A DNA stretch of 63,128 nucleotides, filler included, from Octopus bimaculoides (lineage: Eukaryota), in the NCBI RefSeq assembly GCF_001194135.2. It is 3 parts of 3 records of this genome, joined end to end, with 100 filler letters (N's around TTAATTAATTAA, not from the genome) between each part and the next. Parts side by side here need not be neighbours in the genome. Positions count along the whole stretch, not along the records: positions 44,331 to 63,128 come from NC_068989.1; 2 more parts are not named here. One strand, given 5' to 3'. Under the pieces are notes generated by a model. It ran no database searches. It was not told where the DNA came from and worked only from the letters and a program-made list of their open reading frames with translations. The number at the start of each line of letters is the position of its first letter. The first letter of the stretch is position 1. Positions 47,727 through 59,614 of the stretch are shown one piece after another. The translations under genes were made by a program, and so were the position numbers.

Positions 47727-48170
47727 GTAACGGGCTAGATGTGATGTGCCATATCAGTTCGATATGATGTCGCCCACTACTGAATGTAGCGTATATATGT
47801 AACGAACGCTTGAAGGTTCACACGTCGGAGTACCAGTTAACACCAAGAAAGAAGAAATATTACTTACATATGTTTATTCGTTTGCCCGACAAGTAGTTAA
47901 AGAGACAGTAGCAATTCTAGTGATAGTGACAAGTATGGCTCGCTGGTTAGCAGTTAGTGTAGAAATAGGTTGACTGTCGGTAGAGAGTGAAAGAGTAAGG
48001 AATGCATGGTGCTGACTAGAAAGGAAAAAGGATAAAGGCGGCATCGCCTTTCTTGCGGCCGAAAGCCTCTCTTCGCATGTCGGGCGGAGGGCGAAGAAGT
48101 GCTGTTCTTGGTTCAGGCTGACGCAAAAGCGAGTGTTGTTCCTTGGTCATAGTTGACACATAAGAGGAAG
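47727..48170 (-). mobile_element. Possible solo LTR
   Basis: CpG-rich block that would read TGTG...CGTTACA on the minus strand with an internal AATAAA; no TSD confirmed. Confidence 0.25.
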
Positions 48171-48643
48171 AGATAGAAAATTCTTTCTGTTATATAGACT
48201 ATGGTCTGTAATGTAGGTCAAACCCTAAACAAAATACTAACCTATCCTTGACCAGCACAGGTCCAAGGGTGTCGAGTGTTTCCTCATCAGTCATCTGGTG
48301 TGGAAAGGATTTCTCGCTCGTTTTGACAAGCAACAAGCGTGTGTTTCAATTGATCCGATCAAGGAATAGCCTGCTCGTGAAATTAATGCGCAAGTCGCTG
48401 AGCACTCCCATAGACACACGTACTCTTAACGTAGTTCTCACAGAATGTAACAAGGCTGGCCCTTTAAAATGCAGGTACTACTCATTTTTGCGCGTTGAAT
48501 TAACTAGAATAACGTGAAACAAAGGGTCTCGTTCATTGATACAACTCGTCGCTAGGCATCGAAATCATGACCTTACGATTGTGAGCTGAATACCGTAACC
48601 ATTTAGTTACGCACCTTCACTACCTCATACAGACAGACAGACA

Positions 48644-48685
<42 letters not shown>

Positions 48686-49619
48686 TTTGCCAAGTATCCC
48701 GTCGTTGCCGGGCAATTTTCACAATAGACTATCTTTACTTCAATTTTTTTTGTTCTATGTCAGACTATATCTTCTCGGATGGGTAGACCTCTTGATGAAG
48801 ACCAATTGCTGCATTATTTGAAGCAATTTAAAAGTTTTTGCTTTTCCATTTGGGACACAGATGTGAAAATTTTACTTAGTTCGCTGCTTGACAGTTTTTG
48901 AGGGTCTTTCAACTTTGTCGCCCTAATGAAATTCCTTAATCACATGTATACACATACTGACGCGCGCACACTCACAGACAGACAGCCAGACAGACAGATA
49001 CACACACACGCACACACAAACACACGCGCACACATACAAAATTACACACACATATGCGCACTCAGAGTAAGCGATAGACATATACAGAGAATGAGAGTGT
49101 AGTAAATGTATAAAGAGTTGGGGGTGGGGTGAATTTACAATGAGAAAAACGTAAGTGAAAGAGATAGACAGATCAGTATTTCCAAGATAACTCACCGCAG
49201 TGGTGAACTGGGCTGAATAGAGAAGCCAGTACCACAGAATAAAAACAACAAAAATTCAGAAGAATAAAAGGTTATGAAGTATGTACTGGAATAGAGAGAA
49301 CAAAAGATAGATAAATAAATAAAGGTAGATATAGATATCTACATATATGTATACACATGCATACATATCCAGGCGCGCACACGCACACACATACACACGC
49401 GCGTGTGCAAATTCCTAGGATGGGTTTACAAACTCAGTGTTGCATTTCTGTTGATTACGATCCTCTGCTTCGTTTGCCCATCCACAAAAGACAAATAAAA
49501 TAGCTATGTATTTATCTATACTACAATAAAATTATAATAATAGAACCTAGTTAGCCATTGTGGGCGGTGGTAATTCAGTGTCTGTCTGCAGTAATAAATA
49601 TATTCCGCTGTTTCACAAT

Positions 49620-49805
49620 TTAAATGTGTGTGTGTGTGTGTGTGTGTGTAGTATGTATGTGTATCAGTATATAAAGTATGTATGCGTACCAGTTAGATTT
49701 CATTAAACAAGTAATGCAACATTGCTGAGTCACAGTATCTACTTAAAGATGTTAAACAACACCAGTAACCTATATACATTTATGCAAACATATCAAGGTG
49801 TATGT

Positions 49806-49880
<75 letters not shown>

Positions 49881-50690
49881 CGTGTGTGTTTGTGGAGTTG
49901 GAGAACGTGTGTGTGTGTGTGTAAGTATGTAACAGAAATTGTAAAAGGAAATGAGTTCATTATGTCTATCTATAATTGTTTGTGTGTATGTGCATGTTTG
50001 TGTGGTGCATGCGAGTGTGTATGTATGTGTGTATATGCATGAGTGACTGTGTGTCTGTAACAATGCGTGTGCATGTGTGTGTATACATGTGTATATATAC
50101 ATGAGAAAATATACCTGTGTGTATGTGAATATGTGCGTTCGCGTGTGCGCGAGGATATATACGCATATGTTGGCGTATATGGATGAGTTTATATGCGTGC
50201 GTGTGAATGTGTGTGTACGCGTATATGTGAGTGTGTGTGTGTCTGTGTGAATACATGTGCATGTGTATATGCAAGAATGTATGTATAAATGTGTGTGTGG
50301 ATTGAGAGAGACTGTTTTTTTTACATATATTCTCTATACGCAGGCGTTGCTGTGTGGTAACTCTTTTCCAATATTCAAATGGCTTCCAAGTCCTCTATGT
50401 CAACTGACTTTTTCTCAACTACAACTTTAATCTTTTATGTTCTCCAATGCCATTGACATGACGCTGTTCCTGAAAAAGGGAGACATAAAAATTTAACCGA
50501 ACACCCTGTGTGTGTGTATGTATGTATGTATGTATGTATGTATGTATGCATGCATGCATGTATGTATGTATGTATGTATGTATGCATGCATGCATGTATG
50601 TATGTATGTATGCATGTATGTATGTATCATGTATACATACATACATACATACATACATACATACATACATACTTATGCACACATACGTAT
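49620..50690. repeat. Microsatellite field of (TG)n, (TATG)n and (CATA)n; similar (TA)n/(CA)n tracts flank most N gaps
   Basis: Seen directly; these tracts generate the YIYI/VCVC/THTH ORFs in the track. Confidence 0.95.
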
Positions 50691-51430
50691 AAGTACATAC
50701 ATAGTGATTACTCCATCTTCACAGATGATTGCCGTCTCTTGTGTTTTTTCATTGTCAATGAGATTTCCGACTTCTCATCCTGGAACTCTGAGATGACTAT
50801 TCACTTCCGCTCCAAGTCTACATGGTTTGAAGCGTAGACGACAGACAAAAGTTGTGACTTCCAATGGATCAATGTAACAGACAATGCTTTGTGCATCTTT
50901 TCTAACATCTGCCAAGGAATTTGGATGAGAAACGTTCTCCCTAAAATAAGCTGTTCAGTCACAAGAGTCTCCACCGGAGCGGGTTCCTGTCCTGGGAAGA
51001 CTCAACTGCGATGTCAGGATAAGAGTCCTTGTTGCCTATGCGCTTCCAACTGGTTTGGTCAGCACTGATCGCCATTCTCCCATCGCCATAAGACTTTCAG
51101 CAGATGGAATGATAAACAACAAATGTTTATGACTTTACTGCATACAACGGAAGGTCTGGGATTCGGGAGTTCCCGGATTTTGAGGAATATGGAACCAATT
51201 CTTAACTACAATTGTTCCCAGGTCTACTCTGTCTAGAGTAGTAGTTAAAAAAATTGATTAAAAAATCTGTCAGCCAAACTGAACAGATCCAGAAAGGATC
51301 AAAAAGTACTCAATACATTCTATGAAATATTATAATATTAATTCGGTTGTTGCCTTCTGAGACTACTCAGTGTTTCTTCAATTCTCAAACAATGAGGCAC
51401 CTGATTGACTCAGCATAAGGGATCAACCAA

Positions 51431-51477
<47 letters not shown>

Positions 51478-53004
51478 TGTGCGCGCGTGTGCACACGTGG
51501 CGTGTTGTTTCTAATCAGCAGTAAATAACAGCCAAATCTGCCACAAATTATGCTCTACCATAATGGTTCCCAAAGTAGGCGGTATTGCCCGACTGGAGGC
51601 GCTGGAAAGTTCCAAGTGGGCATTCAAGAAAAGTGGGGTGGTAATGGGGCAGTGATTCATGTAAAAAGTGGAGCAATAAAGGGGTAGCGATTTATATAAA
51701 ACACAACAAAATAATAGATAAAGTTTCATTTGTTAAATGCAGTTGCTTTGAATTTGCTTCAGAAAAAGGTATGGTTAGTTGGGTGGGGTGCTAGGAATGT
51801 GGTTTGGGTGTCAAGGGGGTGGCAGCCCAAAGAAATTTGAGAACGACGGCTCTACTATCATAAGTATTGAAAACTTTGGGTGGAATGCTCACGGCTGGAA
51901 CATCTTTTATCATCGGACAGCACCGTCACGGCTGATATGACACAGAATAATAACAACAACAATAACAACGAAGAAAGTAACGAGGGAGCCTCTACAATGT
52001 ATGGTCATGAGCAAAATGCGGCTCGCGGGATAATTAAACTAGCATGCTTGCAAATATTTTTAGAGAACCCGATGATGAACCACGTCTCATGCAGCCCGTT
52101 TCTCGAAAAAGGCTGCTCATTCCTGCTCTACATGGTCGCTCGAACTGCAGGTAATAGCAGCCAAATCTCAATCAGGGTGCATTTTGCTATCATGAAAAAC
52201 GAAGGACACATCAGATAATGTTGTTCTAGATACATTATTTGTGAAAAAAGGTGGGCTAATCATGACTAAATCGACAAAAACTCACTGCAATGCTTACATG
52301 TCCTCATAATAGGAGTGCATCAGATACAGTTCACATGCACAGAAATAGGTCATTTATTAGAAATAGTTTGTTTTTTTCTCAGAATTTTCGTACTTCCTAT
52401 TAGGATGGCAGTTGGAATTCCTATGGCATTGGTTTGTGGGAAAAAGCATTCTGTTCTTGCTTTAATTTATTTCATAGGCGAAAACATGACTCAATGGTAA
52501 GAAGTTTGCTTCCCAACCACACAGTTTGGGGTTGAGTCTCACTGTGTAATATCTTGGATAAGCGTCTTCTTCTTTATAGACCGGGGCCGACCAAAGCCTT
52601 GTAAGTGTATTTGAAAGAAGCTGGTGTACACATACATACATACATACATACATACATACATACATACATACATACACACACATACACACGCGGGCACACA
52701 TACACACACATATACATACATACACATACACACACATATACATACAGACATACATGAATATATATATATGTAAAATATATAGGGTAGCGAGTCGTTTTAG
52801 AAATTTCACTACCAGTAGCCTAGCATGTATAAAAATTCAATAGACAACATATTCTCAATATAAAATAGTGTACATTTAAACACAAGAGAAACTGCCTTCA
52901 ACAGGCAGTTTTACACGCTAGAAGTAGTCAAAACGACCAAAACGACATTTAAGAGCAATTTTTAAGGAATGAAAAATAAAAACTTTTACCTTATTATTTT
53001 ATTC

Positions 53005-53076
53005 CGGTCAAACCTAGGTTTCAAATATTTTTAGCAAATAAAATAATTTGCTAGGCGAAATTCTCATCAGTGACCG
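53005..53076 (-). ncRNA. Type I hammerhead ribozyme motif
   Basis: Minus strand: perfect stem I CGGTCA/TGACCG; CTGATGA (53070-53064); stem II GAAT...TAGCAAAT-tatttt-ATTTGCTA...ATTT; GAAA; palindromic stem III ACCTAGGT; triplet GUU. Confidence 0.75.
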
Positions 53077-53519
53077 CGCCACTGTGGTATATATGGGAGA
53101 ATGTACGAAAAAACAACAACAGACGAGGACAGGTGGTGTAAANNNNNNNNNNNNNNNNNNNNNNNNNNNNNNNNNNNNNNNNNNNNNNNNNNNNNNNNNN
53201 NNNNNNNNNNNNNNNNNNNNNNNNNNNNNNNNNNNNNNNNNNNNNNNNNNNNNNNNNNNNNNNNNNNNNNNNNNNNNNNNNNNNNNNNNNNNNNNNNNNN
53301 NNNNNNNNNNNNNNNNNNNNNNNNNNNNNNNNNNNNNNNNNNNNNNNNNNNNNNNNNNNNNNNNNNNNNNNNNNNNNNNNNNNNNNNNNNNNNNNNNNNN
53401 NNNNNNNNNNNNNNNNNNNNNNNNNNNNNNNNNNNNNNNNNNNNNNNNNNNNNNNNNNNNNNNNNNNNNNNNNNNNNNNNNNNNNNNNNNNNNNNNNNNN
53501 NNNNNNNNNNNNNNNNNNN

Positions 53520-54539
53520 CATGGAACGAATAGTCAGAAGAAAACTAATCGCCTTCCTTGAAGAAAATGACTTGCTGCCTGACACCCAACATGGTTACCG
53601 ACCAGGAAGAAGCTGCCTGACTCAGCTCTTACAAAACTATGACTGGGTGCTGAAACAGCTGCTCAACCACTCAAATGTGGAAGTGATATATCCCGACTTT
53701 GCAAAGGCCTTTGATAAAGTCGATCATGAAATGATATGTCACAAACTGCATGATCTCGGCATAGTTGGAAAATTGGGAGAATGGCTTCATGACTTTCTGA
53801 AGGATAGAAGTCAGGTGGTAGTAGCCAATGGGCCACTTCCAGTGACACGCAAATAGTGAGCGGTGTTCCGCAAGGCACTGGTTTGGGACCACTACTGTTC
53901 ATAATGGCCCTCTCAGACATGCCCTCAGCACACAGAGAGCCATGATCACAAGCTATGCAGATGATACAAAAGTCTCACAGGTAATACAGAACCCTGAAGA
54001 CACCATGCACCTGCAACGTGAGCTCGATGAAATATAAAAGTGGGCTGAAAAGAATAGCATGCAGATTAATGCTGAAAAGTTTCAAGCCTTGTGCTATCAG
54101 CATGCAAAACTAAATGCAATACCCATTAAATACACTGGACCTGGAGGGATTGCAATCCCAGAGGCACAGTCAGTGCGAGACCTGGGCATTTACATGAGTA
54201 ACGATGCATCCTTTCATGTGCATGTTGCTAAATTGGCAATGAAATGCAGGCGACTGACCGGATGGATTCTTAGAACTTTTAGAACAAAAGATCAGGAAAC
54301 CATGATGGTCCTCTGGAGGACACTTGTCCTAAGCCACTTTGACTATGGTCACCAACCAGTGTCAAATTAATCTCAAAACTTGAGGCAATCCAACGAAGCT
54401 ACAGCATATCAGCTATTGGGAAAGACTCAAGAGATTAAGACTCTATTCCTTAGAGCGTAGACGAGAAAGATATACCATAATATACATCTGGAAGATCCTC
54501 GAAGGACTTGTCCCAAACTTTGGCATCGAGAGTTACACA
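53520..54539 (+). mobile_element. CR1-clade LINE reverse transcriptase fragment (frameshifted, gap-bounded)
   Basis: QHGYRPGRSCLTQLL...DFAKAFDKVDH...SGVPQGTGLGPLLF...YADDTK...VRDLGIYMS. Confidence 0.92.
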
Positions 54540-55576
54540 NNNNNNNNNNNNNNNNNNNNNNNNNNNNNNNNNNNNNNNNNNNNNNNNNNNNNNNNNNNNN
54601 NNNNNNNNNNNNNNNNNNNNNNNNNNNNNNNNNNNNNNNNNNNNNNNNNNNNNNNNNNNNNNNNNNNNNNNNNNNNNNNNNNNNNNNNNNNNNNNNNNNN
54701 NNNNNNNNNNNNNNNNNNNNNNNNNNNNNNNNNNNNNNNNNNNNNNNNNNNNNNNNNNNNNNNNNNNNNNNNNNNNNNNNNNNNNNNNNNNNNNNNNNNN
54801 NNNNNNNNNNNNNNNNNNNNNNNNNNNNNNNNNNNNNNNNNNNNNNNNNNNNNNNNNNNNNNNNNNNNNNNNNNNNNNNNNNNNNNNNNNNNNNNNNNNN
54901 NNNNNNNNNNNNNNNNNNNNNNNNNNNNNNNNNNNNNNNNNNNNNNNNNNNNNNNNNNNNNNNNNNNNNNNNNNNNNNNNNNNNNNNNNNNNNNNNNNNN
55001 NNNNNNNNNNNNNNNNNNNNNNNNNNNNNNNNNNNNNNTATATATATATATATATATATGCATGTATTTTTCTATGTTTGTCCCTCACCCCTGACAGACA
55101 GCTGATGCTGGTTTCTTTACGAATCCGTATTCTAGCAGTTCGGCAAAAGAAGACCGATAGAATAAGTACTGAACTTTTGAAAAGAGTACTTTGGTCGATT
55201 TTTTCGACTAAACTCTTCAAAGCGGTGCCTCGGCATGGCCGCTGTCCAGTGACTAAAACAAGTAAAAGATAACAGATTACATCCTTATGACGCAGGTATA
55301 GGCAAGTGTTTAAGTCGTTTATTTTTCAATCACTTGAGTTTTAAGTTCGATATCCTGGGACGGCACTTTGAAAAAAGATGTTTCTGCTGTAGCCTCTGGC
55401 TAATCGATGCCGTGTAACAGAAATTCGCGGAACCCTATCGTGAATACAAATACATGCACATGCACGCATGCACTCGCGCGCGCACACACACATGCTCAGA
55501 AGAGACAGAAAGAGAGAGAGAGAAAGAGAGTGAGAGAAGGTGAGAGAGGCCAGCAAGTCTATGATTAGCATGGCCC

Positions 55577-55700
55577 GTAATATTTCTGATGATTTCGGAT
55601 AAACATTGCTTTAAATTGATTTAATATAGATTAATTTATATCGATTAATTCTGGAATTAATAACGTTTATTCCTAACGAAACAGCTGTTAAAAGTAAATA
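55577..55700 (+). ncRNA. Decayed hammerhead motif
   Basis: CTGATGA 55586-92; ~85-nt stem II (GGATAAAC/GTTTATTCC); GAAA 55678-81; ACAGCTGT; triplet GUU. Stem I and the base of stem II are poorly paired. Confidence 0.45.
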
Positions 55701-56199
55701 TGATATATTATCTGTGAAATTTATGTTCTTCTGGCTTTTATTCAATTATACGTTGCTCTTCAGCATTTTTTAGCTGATTATGTATACACATGCTACCTTT
55801 TCTTTCGTCTGAATTTACTGTGATGTTGTAACATGTTCGAGTTTAACGACCTATTATTAATTGAGCTCTTAATTACTATAGTTCTATAATATAAATCTCG
55901 TTCTGTCTGTGTGTGTGTATGTAAAATATTATAACGGTCGTATTTTTCAACTGATTTTCTCCAAACTGGGAATATACATTACTTATGTTCCAGGGAACAT
56001 AATGTTCATTATTTTCATTATGTGAAAAACTCTTAAAGCGTTTCACATAATGAGTAACGAGTCCCCTGGGGGAAGAAAACTTCCGTTCCTGGGTTACGTG
56101 GAGAAGGGATGTAACTCTTTGCGAAGTAACTTTCAGAAATTGATTTCTCCCTTGCATCCATTGGTCATTAAAAAATATTGCTTTTTATATTAGATTCAC

Positions 56200-58199
56200 A
56201 TCTTTGAAAGTAAAATATTTACTTCCGGTTTTCTAGCGTCAGTGACGTCCATATCTCTCTATCCATCTCTCTCTATCTATCTCTATCCCTCTATACCTCT
56301 CTATCTCTATATCTCTCTATCCACCTCTATCTCTATATCTGTCTATCTCTCTGTATCTATCTGTCTGTATCTTATCTATCTAATTATGTCTATCTTATTT
56401 TTCTAACTAGCTACCTCTCCCTCTCTCTCTATATATATATATCTCACTCACTCTCTGTTGTTTTCACTTTCATTTTTCTGACGCTACTGCTTTCACTTGA
56501 AGTTCAGTCGCTATTGTTTTTACTGTAAGTTTTCAATCACTATTTACAAACAACATCGACAAATTACTGACAGAAAGAAGTTCACAGTTACGGATGAAAG
56601 TAATTTCATATATAATTTACTGACAAAAGTAACTTCATAAATTTCACTTCATTCCGTACGCTTCGTTAAATTTGCCTACAATTTTTTTATTTACTTTTGC
56701 AACGTTTTATGTTTTTTGCTGTTGACGGAATTACTGATAAAAATAAATTTATAATTTACCGACAGAAGTAACTTCAAAAATTTCACTTAAATCCGTACAC
56801 TTAGTTAATTTCCCTAAAAATTTCTTATTTACTTTTGCAACGGTTTTGTGTTTTTCTGTTGTTAACTGCTTTTTTCTGGTTTCTGCGATACTGACACTTT
56901 GGTTCACTGACAAATTTCACTTCAACCCGTACAATTTTTATTTTCTGTAAAAATTTCTTATTTACTTTCTGCCTGTCGTATTAAGAAATATAATTTCCGT
57001 TACCCAGTTATTTTCATCGTTTACTATATTCTGTACCCATGTATTTCTTATTTCTCTATTGCCCACAAGGGGCTAAACATAGAGGGGACAAACAAGGACA
57101 GACAAAGGAATTAAGTCGATTACATCGACCCCAGCGTGTAACTGGTACTTAATTTATCGACCCTGAAAGAATGAAAGGCAAAATCGACTTCGGCAGAATT
57201 TGAACTCAGAACGTAACGGCAGACGAAATTCCACTAAGCATTTCGCCCGGCTTGCTAACGTTTCTGTATTTCTGTACACGTATACAACCATGCCTAGAAG
57301 GAACGTGCCAAATTTGTCTACAATGTCAAGGTCAGCCAAAAGAATGTCTCTGTCCAAGGAAAGAGAGACAGCTGCAGAAAGGGAAGCATGCCAAGAAATG
57401 AACAGACTGTGCACTACAAAAGCCAGAGCATCTCAAAGTGGTGAACAGAGGTATGCACAGTTGACAAGGAATAGGATAGCCATTGCAGAACGAAGAGCAT
57501 TGCAACAGCTCAGAGAAGCAACTTCTATGAAGCAGCTTTCGATTATGATCCAGTAGTTCATTATGCAGATGACACTAGAGTTTCCATTGGAGCAATGCCA
57601 ACTAAGTGCATACATTGTAAAGCAAGGAAGTGGCCTGGAGAGACACCTCCACTGTACTCAGTGGGGGAAAGGTTAAACTCCCTGCAATCCCCCAACCTCC
57701 AAAGCCATTGCAGAAACTGCTGTCATCAACTGACCAAGATTCCAAGCACTTCCAAAACAAAATTAGATAAAAGAACACTGCACTACGGATGACATCATTT
57801 GGAGCCACAAGAGATTTAACTGAGCCAGGATTCATGAAAACTTTCAAGGTCCAGCGTCAGATTTATCGTCGAATTGGTTCTTTACTACTTCTGTTAAATG
57901 AATCACCAAAATCGGCCTTTCATTGTTTATAATCTGCACTTGTTTTTTAGTTTTACGAAATAAGCTACAGAAAACGTGTTTTTGAATTACGTGAATTTAC
58001 TTTATATACATATATGAGTTGTAAACTTCCTTTTAATAGTTCACTTAACGTCTATGTTCCATGCTGGCATGGGTTGGAGAGTTATTAATGCAGAAAGTTG
58101 GTGTCCTAGCTACTAGCACTTGAGACCTGCGTAATCTAGACGGCGTTTTAAAATTTTATTATTCTTTTTAACCCGGGCAACGCCGGGTATTTCTGCTAG
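56200..58199 (+). mobile_element. Deleted Helitron with Rep-region remnant, internal tandem subrepeats and a nested SINE
   Basis: 57296-57910 gives IGAMPTKCIHCKARKWPGE...GKVKLPAIPQPPKPLQKLL...SKHFQNKIR...MTSFGA...GFMKTFKVQRQIYRRIGSLL. The 3' end has hairpin CCCGG-gcaacg-CCGGG (58172-58187) then CTAG (58196-58199) followed by T. The 5' boundary is approximate. Confidence 0.8.
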
Positions 58200-59245
58200 T
58201 ATATTAATTGATGTTTCATATATAATCTCTTTTTATACGGGCCGAGAATGCTGTTGTTTCTTTTTCCGAAGCAATGACACGGAGATGGGGTGTTTTGGAA
58301 ATGTACCGGTGAGAGATAGTCGATTACATCGATCCCAATACTCAACTGGTACTTAATTTATCGACCTGAAAAGGAAGAAAAGTAAAGTCGACCTCAGCGG
58401 AATTTGAACTCAGAATGTAACGGCAGACAAAATACCACTAAGCATTTCGCCCGGCGTGCTAACGATTCCGCCAGCTTGCCTCCTTTAGGTTTATATGTAA
58501 TAGTAAATATTCGCGTGAGTTGGGGTGCGTACATGTGTGTGTGTTATTTATCGTCTTAAATATATTTAGCAGAGCAACAGCTCCTAGTAAAGTAGGTGAC
58601 AAGCTTATTTTTTAGTAACAGTATTGATATAATTGCTTTTGTCAAACACTGAACAATTAGAACACGGTATCATTAATTTGCTTAAATTGAAAGAATGCCG
58701 ACGACCCAAATTCAAGTTTTACTTCAGATTAAATACTTTTGTGACATAATCTAGTAATAATGGTTTCAAATTTTGGCACAATGCCAGCAATTTTAAAGGA
58801 GTGGCAAGTCGATTACATCGATCCCAGTGCTCAATAGTTACTTATTTTATTAACTTCGAAAGATGAAGGACAAAGTTGACTACGGTAATATTTGAACTCA
58901 GAACGTAGAGTTGGAAGAAATGCCACCAAGCTTATTGGTCCGACGTGCTAACCATTCTGCCAGCTCGCTGCCTTATAATCTAGTAATAATGGTTTGTAAC
59001 TCAGTGACTTGGCTGGAAATTTGACATAAGGAGTGGGTCGGTTAAATCGACCTCAGTACTTAACCTGCACTTTGTTTGACCGACTCCAGAAGGATAAAAG
59101 GTAAGGTTGATTGCTGCGAGTTTCGAACGCAGATAGTAAAGACCCCGAGGAATGAATCAAAGTAATTTGGCTGACAATCAAACGATTCTACCCATCCAAT
59201 AGCTTCATTTTAACAAAACAACAAACACTCTCTTTTGTAGAGAAT

Positions 59246-59377
59246 TAAAAATCGGTTATTCCGATATTCATACCTTTCCCCAGCTCAGAACCACATCCAC
59301 AAATACCCTCTAAAAAATCGGTTACTCCGATATTCATACCTTTCCCCAGCTCAGAACCACATCCACAAGTACCCTCT
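59246..59377. repeat. 66-bp tandem duplication
   Basis: AAAAATCGGTTA(T/C)TCCGATATTCATACCTTTCCCCAGCTCAGAACCACATCCACAA(A/G)TACCCTCT twice. Confidence 0.9.
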
Positions 59378-59380
59378 AAC

Positions 59381-59614
59381 ACAGTGATTCCCAACATAGA
59401 GCAAACACCCCCGCTGATGGAGCCTGGAAAAATTGTGGTGGGGCATAGGATCCAAAATTTTTTCTCTTTATTTTCTTAGTGGGACATGGAATTGTGAAAA
59501 TCTTTTTTCCACGGCAGACATACTACACGTATACTTTTTTTCCAACCACCGGTGGGGGCATACATTTTTCTGGAAAGTTATAGTGGAGGCTGGGAGGAAA
59601 TAGGTTGGAAACAC
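59381..59614. mobile_element. hAT-type MITE (similar remnant ~51558-51850)
   Basis: Ends CAGTGATTCCCAAC...GTTGGAAACACT resemble hAT/Charlie-type CAGTGxTTCCCAA TIRs. Confidence 0.5.

Noticed and set aside
39-55272. Many long ORFs made of YIYI, VCVC, THTH or X runs
   Set aside because: They are translations of microsatellites and N gaps, not genes.
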